Source: an uncultured Bdellovibrionales bacterium (GTDB lineage: Bacteria > Bdellovibrionota_C > UBA2361 > OMII01). From it: a DNA stretch of 64,000 nt. Each line of letters opens with the position of its first letter. Position 1 is the stretch's first letter. Shown here in pieces: positions 1-8,493 of this stretch. The stretch is taken from contig CAZZJR010000002.1 of NCBI GenBank assembly GCA_964654585.1, positions 18,957 through 82,956 on the forward strand, read 5' to 3'. The notes below the pieces were generated by a model. The model was not told where the DNA came from and did not search any database. It saw only the letters and a program-made list of their open reading frames with translations. A program made the position numbers and the translations under genes.

Positions 1-592
1 GGGGATAAACGGGTGCGGCAAAACAACTCTCATGCGAACGCTTGCGGCCGAGCTGCGCCAGCGTTCGCAGTCAGTCGTAGAGACTCGAGAGCCAGGTGGC
101 ACTCCGCTCGGGGAAGAGATCCGGAAGCTGCTCCTTGAGTGGCCAGGCGAGAAAAAGTCGGAAAGAACGGAGCTCCTCTTGTTCGCGGCTGCTCGGGCCG
201 AGCATGTTGATAAAGTCATTCGCCCGGCTCTTTCGGCGGGCTCATGGGTCCTCTGCGACCGCTTCCTGCACTCAAGCGTAGCCTTTCAGGGATACGGTCG
301 GGGAATCAGTCTCGACCTGATCGACCAGGCAAATAACTTCGCCGTTCAAGGCACCCTCCCTGACCTAGTGTTCTTGCTCGACATCGACCCTCGGACGGCT
401 CTGCGACGCATCGCCTCGCGCAAAGATGGAGGAGTTGACTCCTTTGAGGCGGAGGAGCTCGGCTTCCATGAGCGTATTCGCCATGGGTTCCTGACATGCG
501 CCGACAGCTCCGGCGTGCCATTCGTTGTGCTCGACGGCTCGCTCTCTCCGGGCGAGCTGGTTACAGCAGCCTCGCTGGCGCTTGGCCTGTAG
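1..592 (+). CDS. tmk: thymidylate kinase, 5'-truncated by the window edge
   Basis: The frame of ORF 32..592 stays open back to base 2. Translation begins inside a P-loop (GINGCGKTT), followed by EPGGT and LCDRF..SSVAFQG motifs. It sits upstream of holB, as in many bacteria. Confidence 0.85.
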   Translation, partial: GINGCGKTTLMRTLAAELRQRSQSVVETREPGGTPLGEEIRKLLLEWPGEKKSERTELLLFAAARAEHVDKVIRPALSAGSWVLCDRFLHSSVAFQGYGRGISLDLIDQANNFAVQGTLPDLVFLLDIDPRTALRRIASRKDGGVDSFEAEELGFHERIRHGFLTCADSSGVPFVVLDGSLSPGELVTAASLALGL

Positions 593-661
593 CCGCCATC
601 AAGCACCCGAAGGCAATCCATTTCCCTTCCTTCTCTGGCGGATTCCTCTTATTGTAGCCGA

Positions 662-1642
662 ATGGAGAAACTCCTCGGTCACGAGAAACAGCGAGCGGCT
701 CTCGCGGAGCTTGCAGCGCAACAGCGATTACCGAGCTCGCTGCTCTTTACGGGTGTGGAAGGCGTCGGCAAGAAGCTAGTCGCTCAAGAGCTGGCGGCGC
801 AGCTTCTGTGTGCCGAGCAGCCATGCGGCCCGCAAGGTGGCTGTGGGAGCTGCAAGAGCTGTGTGCTTCTCCGCTCTGGCAATCATCCAGACCTCCTGTC
901 GCTCTCGTTTGGCGAAGACGGCGCGACCGTTGATGATCTGCGAGCCGCACTCGACCGGCTTAGCCTCAAGGCATTCATGGGAGGGCGCAAGGTTGCTATC
1001 CTTGACTCCGCGGACCACATCTCGGCTGTAGGGGCAAACACGCTGCTCAAGTCCCTAGAGGAGCCAAGGCCGGAGACATTCTTTATACTCGTCGTGTCGA
1101 ATCCCTCCAGGCTTCCGCAGACAGTGCTCTCGCGCTGCCAGCGTTGGTTCTTCGACCGGCTCTCGCCAGAGACGATCCGCGCTATACTCGCTGCTCGTGG
1201 CGAGCAGAGTGCAGGAGACGCAGCAGCGATCTTAGCCGACGGCACCCTCAGCGGTATCGAGACAGTTCGTGCTCGCGCCGACGCACTGAGCGAGGTGCGC
1301 TCAGTTGTTGAGGCTGCATTCCAAAGTGACGAGCGAATCATCGGGCGAGCTGCTCAAGAGTGGGGCAGCGACAAGGAGGGATTACGAGAGAGATTGGCGT
1401 TCCTGCGCGCTTGCATCCGACAGAAGCTTCTCCAATCGGCCTCAGACCCCGATGCGGCCTCGGTCTTGGCGGTGGCGCTCCAGAACTCCCTCGATGCCGA
1501 GTACCTGGCCCTGGATCGCCACACGAATCCGACGCTTGTAATCCTTGACGTGCTGCGTAGCTGCAATCGTTTGCTTGCCAGGAAGTACCAGGAGCTGCCT
1601 GTAGGCTCACCTCCACTCGCGGAGCGGCTTTACGAGCGTTAG
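662..1642 (+). CDS. holB: DNA polymerase III delta-prime subunit
   Basis: N-terminal GHE...LPSSLLFTGVEGVGKK clamp-loader P-loop, a Cys cluster (CGSCKSC), and SRC motif (TVLSRCQRWFF). Follows tmk in the conserved order. Confidence 0.8.
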   Translation: MEKLLGHEKQRAALAELAAQQRLPSSLLFTGVEGVGKKLVAQELAAQLLCAEQPCGPQGGCGSCKSCVLLRSGNHPDLLSLSFGEDGATVDDLRAALDRLSLKAFMGGRKVAILDSADHISAVGANTLLKSLEEPRPETFFILVVSNPSRLPQTVLSRCQRWFFDRLSPETIRAILAARGEQSAGDAAAILADGTLSGIETVRARADALSEVRSVVEAAFQSDERIIGRAAQEWGSDKEGLRERLAFLRACIRQKLLQSASDPDAASVLAVALQNSLDAEYLALDRHTNPTLVILDVLRSCNRLLARKYQELPVGSPPLAERLYER

Positions 1643-1740
1643 CAGCCTGATACTGCTCAGCCTTATAGCCACGAGCCGCGCACTGGACATCCGCCTCCGA
1701 TTCGCAGACACTCCGGTCCACGTTTTGCACAAGGAGAGCC

Positions 1741-2154
1741 ATGAACGCTGACAGCACACCGATCCCAACCGAGCCCCAAGCGCAACCAGCAGCCGCTGCC
1801 CCAGCTCCTGTTTCTGTTGACGACGAGATAGACATCGACCTCTTCGCCAAGATTAAGCTCCGCACAGCAACCATTGAGAGCGTCGAGGCAGTTCCAAAAT
1901 CAAAGAAGCTCTACTGCATCCAGCTTGATGTTGGAGAACTGGGGAAGCGGCAGATAGTTTCAGGGATCGCACAGCACTACACCCCAGAGCAGCTCATTGG
2001 CAGGCAGATCGTGATCGTTGCCAACCTCAAGCCAGCAAAGCTCATGGGTGTTGAGAGCCGAGGAATGCTCCTCGCTGCATCCACCGAGGGTGATGGCACG
2101 CTAGCTCTCCTCGCTCCGGACAAGGAGATACCGGCGGGTTCCCGCGTTCGGTAG
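1741..2154 (+). CDS. stand-alone tRNA-binding (EMAP/Trbp111/CsaA-like) domain protein
   Basis: KIKLRTATIESVEAVPKSKKLYCIQLDVGE..RQIVSGIAQHY.PEQLIGRQIVIVANLKPAKLMGVESRGMLLAA matches the OB-fold C-terminal domain of MetRS/CsaA. It is preceded by a Pro/Ala-rich low-complexity N-terminus. Confidence 0.75.
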   Translation: MNADSTPIPTEPQAQPAAAAPAPVSVDDEIDIDLFAKIKLRTATIESVEAVPKSKKLYCIQLDVGELGKRQIVSGIAQHYTPEQLIGRQIVIVANLKPAKLMGVESRGMLLAASTEGDGTLALLAPDKEIPAGSRVR

Positions 2155-2178
2155 CCCCTACACTCTTCAGGCATCGGC

Positions 2179-2961
2179 ATGGTACTCCCTGAACTGATCG
2201 ATTCTCACGCGCACCTGGATGCTGACGTGTTTGATCAGGACAGGGATGAATGCATCCGAAGAGCCGCAGCTGCTGGAGTGACTCGCATCCTGACAGTCGG
2301 TGCTGGGTACGGCGCTGAATCTGCCCGACGGGCAATCGCCCTCGCTGAACGCAACGAGTGCGTGTGGGCGAGTGTTGGCGTCCACCCTCACGACGCGAAA
2401 CTCGGTGTTGACGTCGAAGAGCTTCGAGCCCTTGCGAAACACCCTAAAGTAGTTGCTATCGGCGAGACTGGGCTCGATTTCTGTAAGGAGCTGTCGCCGA
2501 GAGCGGCGCAATTCGAGGCTTTCGAGCTTCAGGCCGCCCTTGCGATTGAGGTGAAAAAGCCGCTCATCATCCACTCTCGTGACGCCGGTAACGAGTGCCT
2601 TGAGCTGCTGCGGCGCATGGGTGCGGATGCAGTTGGAGGCGTGTTCCACTGTTACGCCGAGGATGCGACATTCGCTGGCAAGCTGCGCGAGATTAATTTT
2701 CGGGTCTCTTTTCCTGGCACCCTAACCTTCAAGAAAGCTGAACTTGTGCGCGCTGTATGCAAGGAGATTCCTCTGGAGCAGATTCTGGTTGAGACAGACT
2801 CGCCGTACATGGCTCCTGAGCCCCACCGGGGGAAGCGCTGCGAGCCAGCATTCGTGGCTCTCACGGCCGCACACCTCGCCCAGGTGAAGGGCTTGCCGAT
2901 AGACGAGGTAGCGGCGATAACTACAGCTAACGCGCTCAAGCTTTTTTCAAACATGAGGTGA
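2179..2961 (+). CDS. tatD: TatD-family metal-dependent hydrolase/DNase
   Basis: IDSHAHLD start motif, GETGLDF, HSRDA, ETDSPY motifs. Lies in the usual position after holB. Confidence 0.85.
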   Translation: MVLPELIDSHAHLDADVFDQDRDECIRRAAAAGVTRILTVGAGYGAESARRAIALAERNECVWASVGVHPHDAKLGVDVEELRALAKHPKVVAIGETGLDFCKELSPRAAQFEAFELQAALAIEVKKPLIIHSRDAGNECLELLRRMGADAVGGVFHCYAEDATFAGKLREINFRVSFPGTLTFKKAELVRAVCKEIPLEQILVETDSPYMAPEPHRGKRCEPAFVALTAAHLAQVKGLPIDEVAAITTANALKLFSNMR

Positions 2962-2964
2962 CCG

Positions 2965-3750
2965 ATGGCTCAGCAGCCGCCTACTGTCCTCTCCGAGCTC
3001 TCGGCTCATGTCGCAACGATAACTATCAACCGGCCTTCGAGCCGGAACTGCCTAACTCGTGAAACCATTCGGTCGCTGATTGCTCAGTTCACTGACATCC
3101 AAGAGAACCACGGCGTGCGCTGCGTGGTGCTGCGTGGCGCCGGAACGGAAGCGTTCTGCGCGGGAGCAGACCTGCGCGAACTGCTTGACAACCCGACGCC
3201 CGATGCCCGGCGCAGCCTGTTCGGCTCAGTCGCGTCCTTGATCGAGTCCATCCACCGCTGCCCAGTTCCGGTCATCGCAGCAGTGCACGGCTTCGCGTTG
3301 GCTGGCGGTTGCGGCCTCGCCGCAGCATGCGACATTACGCTCGCTTCCGAAGAAGCGGTCTTTGGGCTGCCCGAGGTTGGCATCGGGCTCGCCCCAATGG
3401 TCGTCATGGCCCCGATCAGCAGAGCGTTGGGACAGAAGGCTCTATCGTCACTCGTATTGACTGGCGAGCGCCTCTCGGCGGCCCAAGCTCTGCAAGCAGG
3501 CCTCATTACGCGCGTTGTGCCGAAGGCTAGCCTCGAAGACGAAACAGCAAAGCTGTGCGCAGAGCTTTCTCGCCAGAGCCCAGAAGCGCTCAAGGCGTCC
3601 AAGTCAGCAATCATCGAAGTCGCTGAGCGCGATTATTTCCCGTTCCTGCATGAGCTGGCTGACAGAAGTGCTCTGCTCAGCCTCGGACCGGACGCCGCAG
3701 AGGGGCTCCAAGCTTTCACTGAGAAAAGAGCGCCCTCGTGGCGAGTGTAG
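2965..3750 (+). CDS. enoyl-CoA hydratase/isomerase (crotonase) family protein
   Basis: Crotonase signature: VVLRGAG.EAFCAGADL, AAVHGFALAGGCGLAAACD, GLPEVGIGL. Confidence 0.8.
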   Translation: MAQQPPTVLSELSAHVATITINRPSSRNCLTRETIRSLIAQFTDIQENHGVRCVVLRGAGTEAFCAGADLRELLDNPTPDARRSLFGSVASLIESIHRCPVPVIAAVHGFALAGGCGLAAACDITLASEEAVFGLPEVGIGLAPMVVMAPISRALGQKALSSLVLTGERLSAAQALQAGLITRVVPKASLEDETAKLCAELSRQSPEALKASKSAIIEVAERDYFPFLHELADRSALLSLGPDAAEGLQAFTEKRAPSWRV

Positions 3751-3761
3751 GGAGACACAGG

Positions 3762-4595
3762 ATGAAGGTCGGACGCTACACTGTTACGCCCATCCAGTTC
3801 GCCTCATTCCGGCTAGACGGCGGCTGCATGTTTGGTTCGGTTCCGAAAAATCTGTGGAGCAAGGGAATTCCGGCGGACGCTGAAAACTGCATTCCGCTCG
3901 TGTGCCGCAGCCTAGTTCTAGAGGACGGCTCGCGCACCTTTCTCATCGACGTCGGCATCGGCGATAAGTGGAGCGAGAAACAGCGTGCGATCTACGGAAT
4001 TGACCTCAACAGAGAGCTCCGAGACGGCTACAAGCCTGCGACCGTTACAGACGTCATTCTCACGCACCTTCACTTCGACCACGCTGGGGGTATCTCGTAT
4101 CGAGATGCAGGCGGGGCGCTCCGGCTGCGTTACCCCAGCGCTACCGTGCACCTCCAGGCTGCAAATTGGCAGCAGGCGCAGAATCCGACGCCGAAGGACC
4201 GCGCCAGCTACCTCTCCGAGAATATAGACCCGCTCAAAGAAGCAAAGCTTCTGCTGTGCGATGGGGTAGTCGAGATAGCGCCCGACATCGTCGTACACCG
4301 GGTAGATGGCCACACCCCTGGGCAGCAGTGGGTTGAGATCCGAGGTGGCGCAGCCCCGCTCTTTTTTGCAACAGATCTCATTCCGACATCACACCACCTG
4401 CCACTGGCCTTCCACATGGGCTACGACGTGTGTGCGGAAACGCTGCTCAGGGAGAAGCTGCATTTTCTCGAACGCGCCGCCAAAGAAAATGCCGTGGTCG
4501 TTTTTCAGCATGACTCAGCGATTGAGGCTGCCCGGGTTGGGGTCAACGAGCGTGGGCAGTTTGGGGTGCGGGAGATCGTTTCTCTCCGACCGTAA
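3762..4595 (+). CDS. MBL-fold metallo-hydrolase
   Basis: THLHFDHAGG metal-binding motif. I chose the ATG at 3762 (MKVGRYTV), which follows a GGGAG-like RBS. The ORF track starts it at 3738, overlapping the previous gene. Confidence 0.7.
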   Translation: MKVGRYTVTPIQFASFRLDGGCMFGSVPKNLWSKGIPADAENCIPLVCRSLVLEDGSRTFLIDVGIGDKWSEKQRAIYGIDLNRELRDGYKPATVTDVILTHLHFDHAGGISYRDAGGALRLRYPSATVHLQAANWQQAQNPTPKDRASYLSENIDPLKEAKLLLCDGVVEIAPDIVVHRVDGHTPGQQWVEIRGGAAPLFFATDLIPTSHHLPLAFHMGYDVCAETLLREKLHFLERAAKENAVVVFQHDSAIEAARVGVNERGQFGVREIVSLRP

Positions 4596-4624
4596 CACAC
4601 GCCGCGATTTGATGGCTCGCTTGG

Positions 4625-6013
4625 CTATGGGGCTGGTCGGCGTCCTCGCCGTGAAATAGCTCCGTAACCACTCACCAAGAACGAGAAGGTTGCACCGAAG
4701 AGCGGACGCAGCGCGGTGATACGGATCACCATTTCATGGCCCGGTATGTGGGCAACATCTCTCACTTCCCTGAAGCGGGGCAGCAACCACGCCACCGCGA
4801 CAACTCGCAGCACCCCGGAGAACACGAAGAGCGCGAGAAACCTGGAAGGCTCTACCAGCCAGGCCAACGAGGCACTCCAGGAGAAGGGCATCGAAGTCGC
4901 AAGAACCCCGCCCAAGAGCGAGCCTGAGAGCACGAAGAGCCCGTTGATGATCGCCTGGTAGGCGATGCACCGAGCGCGCTTCTGAGGAGTCACTGCATCA
5001 AAGACAAAATTTGCCGCCGCAAGGTTGAAGCCTGCCCAAAAAATCCCGCTGTAGAGCTGAATGAGCAGCACGAACCAGAGCTTTGAGGAGATCAGCCACA
5101 GCATCGGATTGATCGAGACGAGCGTTCCACACACGAGCATGATCCTGCGGTTGCCGAATTGGTCGCTGACCGCTCCCCAGCTGCGCATGACGACAAACTG
5201 CGCGAGGACGACCGTAGACACCACCATGGTGTACTGATGGTAGGAGAAGTGAAGATCCTGCAGCATGTACATCGCAAAGTATGGCCCCGAGATGGCCGTC
5301 GCGAAGTTCATGAAGGAGACAAAAACAACGAATTTTACAAAGTTAGACTGCCGTGCTCGAGAAACGAACTGCCAGAAGGAAAATTTTGACTCCAGGGGCA
5401 CGTGGAGCTGCGGATCGGAGACTGACCGCATCGGAACCGAGGAGCAGAAGCGCGCGAGCGCAGCGAGCAGCACGATTCCGGCATAGCCCCACGCAGTCAC
5501 CCCTAACGCCGTACACTGGTGGAGCACCTGACCTCCGAGCAAAACGGCGCTAAAGGTGAGGATCGCCATCCACTTATTGCGGTAGCCGAAGAACTCGCCC
5601 CTCGACGCTGGCGGTATGATGTCCCCTGCCAAGCTGTTCCAGATCGGCGCGATCAGGCCGATAGTTATGTGGTAGAGCGTTACAAGCACAATCAGGAGCG
5701 CGGACGCCATCCAACCCTGCCCTAGAAGCACCGGCAGGGCTGCGATTGGGAGGCACACAAGCGACTGCACACGGATCAACGACAAGACAGTCGTGCGGCG
5801 ACTTGCTGACCGTTCCGACAGCCGCATGCCGAAAAGTTGAAAAATTGCCCCCAAGAACGGCGGAAGCGTCGCCAAGGCACCGATCTGCAGCGGAGTGGCG
5901 CCGAGGAATACGCCGAGCGGAGAGAAGTAGGTCTCGGCAGCACCGATCTTGACGGCGTCGCAAGCCCCCTCTTTCACAAGGCTCTTTGATGATTGGGTCT
6001 CGAGAAAACTCAC
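4625..6013 (-). CDS. MFS transporter
   Basis: 462-aa polytopic membrane protein with about 12 hydrophobic segments and a central loop, the typical MFS layout. Confidence 0.65.
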   Translation of the reverse strand: MSFLETQSSKSLVKEGACDAVKIGAAETYFSPLGVFLGATPLQIGALATLPPFLGAIFQLFGMRLSERSASRRTTVLSLIRVQSLVCLPIAALPVLLGQGWMASALLIVLVTLYHITIGLIAPIWNSLAGDIIPPASRGEFFGYRNKWMAILTFSAVLLGGQVLHQCTALGVTAWGYAGIVLLAALARFCSSVPMRSVSDPQLHVPLESKFSFWQFVSRARQSNFVKFVVFVSFMNFATAISGPYFAMYMLQDLHFSYHQYTMVVSTVVLAQFVVMRSWGAVSDQFGNRRIMLVCGTLVSINPMLWLISSKLWFVLLIQLYSGIFWAGFNLAAANFVFDAVTPQKRARCIAYQAIINGLFVLSGSLLGGVLATSMPFSWSASLAWLVEPSRFLALFVFSGVLRVVAVAWLLPRFREVRDVAHIPGHEMVIRITALRPLFGATFSFLVSGYGAISRRGRRPAP

Positions 6014-6067
6014 GACTGAAACCTTGATGAAAAAGCTAGTTGGCTGTCGTCAGATAGTATACCCGAG

Positions 6068-6616
6068 CTAGCCCAGCTTCAGAAACCGAGAAGCCCTCAG
6101 AATTCCGATGATCGAGAGGCTATCCTTGATCTCTCCGCGATCAACCATCTGCAGGGCCTCAGAAAAAGGAACCCAGCGCACCTTGAGCAGCTCTGTCTCG
6201 TCCGGAGCCGACTCGCCTTGTTGCAGCTCTCGCGCCAGAAAGAGCTCGCCTCGCTCTGCTGAGAAACAGTTGCTGAGGTGAACCTCTCCACCGAGCCGCT
6301 CCCAGAGACTCGCTTCCAGCCCTGTCTCCTCCCGCAACTCGCGCTTGATCGCGTCCAGGCCGCTCTCTCCGACGTTTGCGCCACCCTCTGGAATCTCCCA
6401 GGAGTACTCCTCAGTCGGGTACCGATACTGTCCAACGAGGCAGATCTCGAATTTTTCCGTCAACGCGACAACACCCGTGGCGAGACGAGTCTCTATAACG
6501 CCATATATGCCGCGGGCTCCGCGCGGCGATACCACCTGGTCTTCCCTGACGGTTATCCACGGATTTCGGTAGACCAGCCGCGAACTGAGTCGCTCCCACG
6601 GATTTCGCTCTGACAT
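6068..6616 (-). CDS. NUDIX hydrolase (ADP-ribose pyrophosphatase-like)
   Basis: Nudix box GG.....E....A..RELREETG (GGANVGESGLDAIKRELREETG). Confidence 0.8.
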   Translation of the reverse strand: MSERNPWERLSSRLVYRNPWITVREDQVVSPRGARGIYGVIETRLATGVVALTEKFEICLVGQYRYPTEEYSWEIPEGGANVGESGLDAIKRELREETGLEASLWERLGGEVHLSNCFSAERGELFLARELQQGESAPDETELLKVRWVPFSEALQMVDRGEIKDSLSIIGILRASRFLKLG

Positions 6617-6645
6617 TAGCTTCCTTTCGGACCAGGGCTGCTGCC

Positions 6646-7134
6646 CTACTCCATCCCTGTTTGAAAAGCGCTCCAGAGAGGATTCCCGAAGTCTCCGCCG
6701 GTGTCCCCAGAGAATCGTCCGCCGGACCGGTCGATGATACAGGCGTAGCCGACCACGTTTCCTCCCTCGGCCCTAACTTTCTCGGCGGCTTCCATCATGT
6801 GTCGACCGGAGAAAACAACGTCGTCGGCGATGACTACCCGCTGCCCCCTTAGATCAGGACCAAAGAAACGGCCATCTTTCTGCAGAATGACGACCTTTCG
6901 ACCACCAGCTACGGCAGCACTGTAGAGGATCCCGCTGTAAGCAATTCCAACAACGATGTCGAAGGCATCGTGGTCGAGGTGCCCAACAGCATCCGCAGCA
7001 AGCCTGGCGTGATCACTTGGGGTGAGCTGAAAGCAATCGAAGAACATCGAACACATCTGTCCGCTCGGTATCCGGCTGGGCTTCGGGAAACGAATCGACA
7101 CCCGCTCGATGATCGCCTTGGTCGTCTCGTCCAT
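6646..7134 (-). CDS. type I phosphoribosyltransferase-family protein
   Basis: PRPP-binding motif VVIADDVVFSGRHM, with PRTase core spacing. The substrate cannot be determined from sequence. Confidence 0.65.
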   Translation of the reverse strand: MDETTKAIIERVSIRFPKPSRIPSGQMCSMFFDCFQLTPSDHARLAADAVGHLDHDAFDIVVGIAYSGILYSAAVAGGRKVVILQKDGRFFGPDLRGQRVVIADDVVFSGRHMMEAAEKVRAEGGNVVGYACIIDRSGGRFSGDTGGDFGNPLWSAFQTGME

Positions 7135-7281
7135 ACATCCGCTCCAGCGGCTGTAGCCGCAGCTTTGGCTCTCCCGATTGATGCCAGCCCCCCTAGTATA
7201 TCCCCGCGGAGTATCCCGCTAGAAGGGGGATTTTGCGCCCTCTAATGCTCCAGCAATCACAAGTGATTGAGGACACATCTG

Positions 7282-8367
7282 TTACGCCAGCACCCCCTCC
7301 TCACGAAGCTGACGAACCCGCTGCTCCCGCGTGATCATACCGGCACGGCCGGATACCTGCATGACCGACTCAAGTTGGTGACTTTTTCCTTCCCTGATCA
7401 ACGTGCGCACCGCTTGAGTTGCAAACAGAATCTCCGTGACAGGGAGTCGGCCGCCTCCTACCCGGGGCTGCAGCTCCTGGCTCACAATCGCTGAGAGAGC
7501 ATCGGCCAACGTGGCTCGTGCCTGCCCCTGCCGCTCACCTGGAAAAAGGTCAACCATTCGCGAAATAGATTGTGCTGCAGAGCCTGCATGTAAAGTCGAG
7601 AGAACCAGATGACCGGTCTCGGCAGCCGTGAGCACAAGTCCTGCTGTCTCGGAGTCTCGCATCTCTCCCACCAGCAGCACATCCGGGTCCTGCCGTAGGG
7701 CCGCCCGCAGCCCCGCTACGAAGCTTTCGCTGTCTCGTGGAACCTGGCGCTGCGTCACAAGAGCTCTGTTGGGTCGATGCAACACCTCGATCGGATCCTC
7801 AAGTGTAATAATGTGCGCCGCTCGCCGGGAGTTGATATGATTAATCATCGCCGCCAGGGTGGAGCTCTTTCCTGCGCCTGCTGCACCAGTGACCAGCACC
7901 AAACCGCGCTCAAGTTCCGCAATCGCGGCGATACTGTGCGGCAGCGCAAGCCCAGCAATCGTTGGAGACTCGCTCGGAAGGAGCCGTACCACGGCTGCAA
8001 CGCCGCGATTCTCCCGAAAGACGTGCAGACGACAGCGGCGGCCTAGCAGGTCAAAAGCTGTGTCGAATTCAATTTGCTGACCGCCGAGAAGCGAGGAGCT
8101 ACAGAGGTACGGTTGCAAAATCCCCAGGATCTGGTCAGAGGTGGTCGGGGACACCGATAATGGCTTCACATCGCCCTGTACCCGAACTCTTGGGTGCTCA
8201 TCTGGACGGAGGTGCAGGTCAGACCCTCCACATCGAATTGCCTCCCCGATGAGCGACGCTAGCAAACTCACCTCTTGACCCTCCGCAACGAGTATCCCTT
8301 GGGTGATGTTCGACGCTTTCGGGGCTAAGTTGTGCCGAGCGCCCCAGCCGTGCCATTCGGCTGACAC
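7282..8367 (-). CDS. pilT: type IV pilus retraction ATPase, PilT/PilU family
   Basis: GSDLHL, Walker A GAAGAGKSST, HIITLEDPIE, and the DPDVLLVGEMRD Asp/His boxes typical of PilT. The start codon is uncertain. Confidence 0.8.
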   Translation of the reverse strand: MSAEWHGWGARHNLAPKASNITQGILVAEGQEVSLLASLIGEAIRCGGSDLHLRPDEHPRVRVQGDVKPLSVSPTTSDQILGILQPYLCSSSLLGGQQIEFDTAFDLLGRRCRLHVFRENRGVAAVVRLLPSESPTIAGLALPHSIAAIAELERGLVLVTGAAGAGKSSTLAAMINHINSRRAAHIITLEDPIEVLHRPNRALVTQRQVPRDSESFVAGLRAALRQDPDVLLVGEMRDSETAGLVLTAAETGHLVLSTLHAGSAAQSISRMVDLFPGERQGQARATLADALSAIVSQELQPRVGGGRLPVTEILFATQAVRTLIREGKSHQLESVMQVSGRAGMITREQRVRQLREEGVLA

Positions 8368-8493
8368 CGCCGACGGCCTGTCGCTCGGCTCAACGGGTCG
8401 CTTTACGCCCGAAAAATGGGGCAGTATGATGCTTCCTGCGTGCCCGGCGGCGGGCTTCTCCAGTCATGTACCCGCAAGAAAGCTCGGCGTCCG

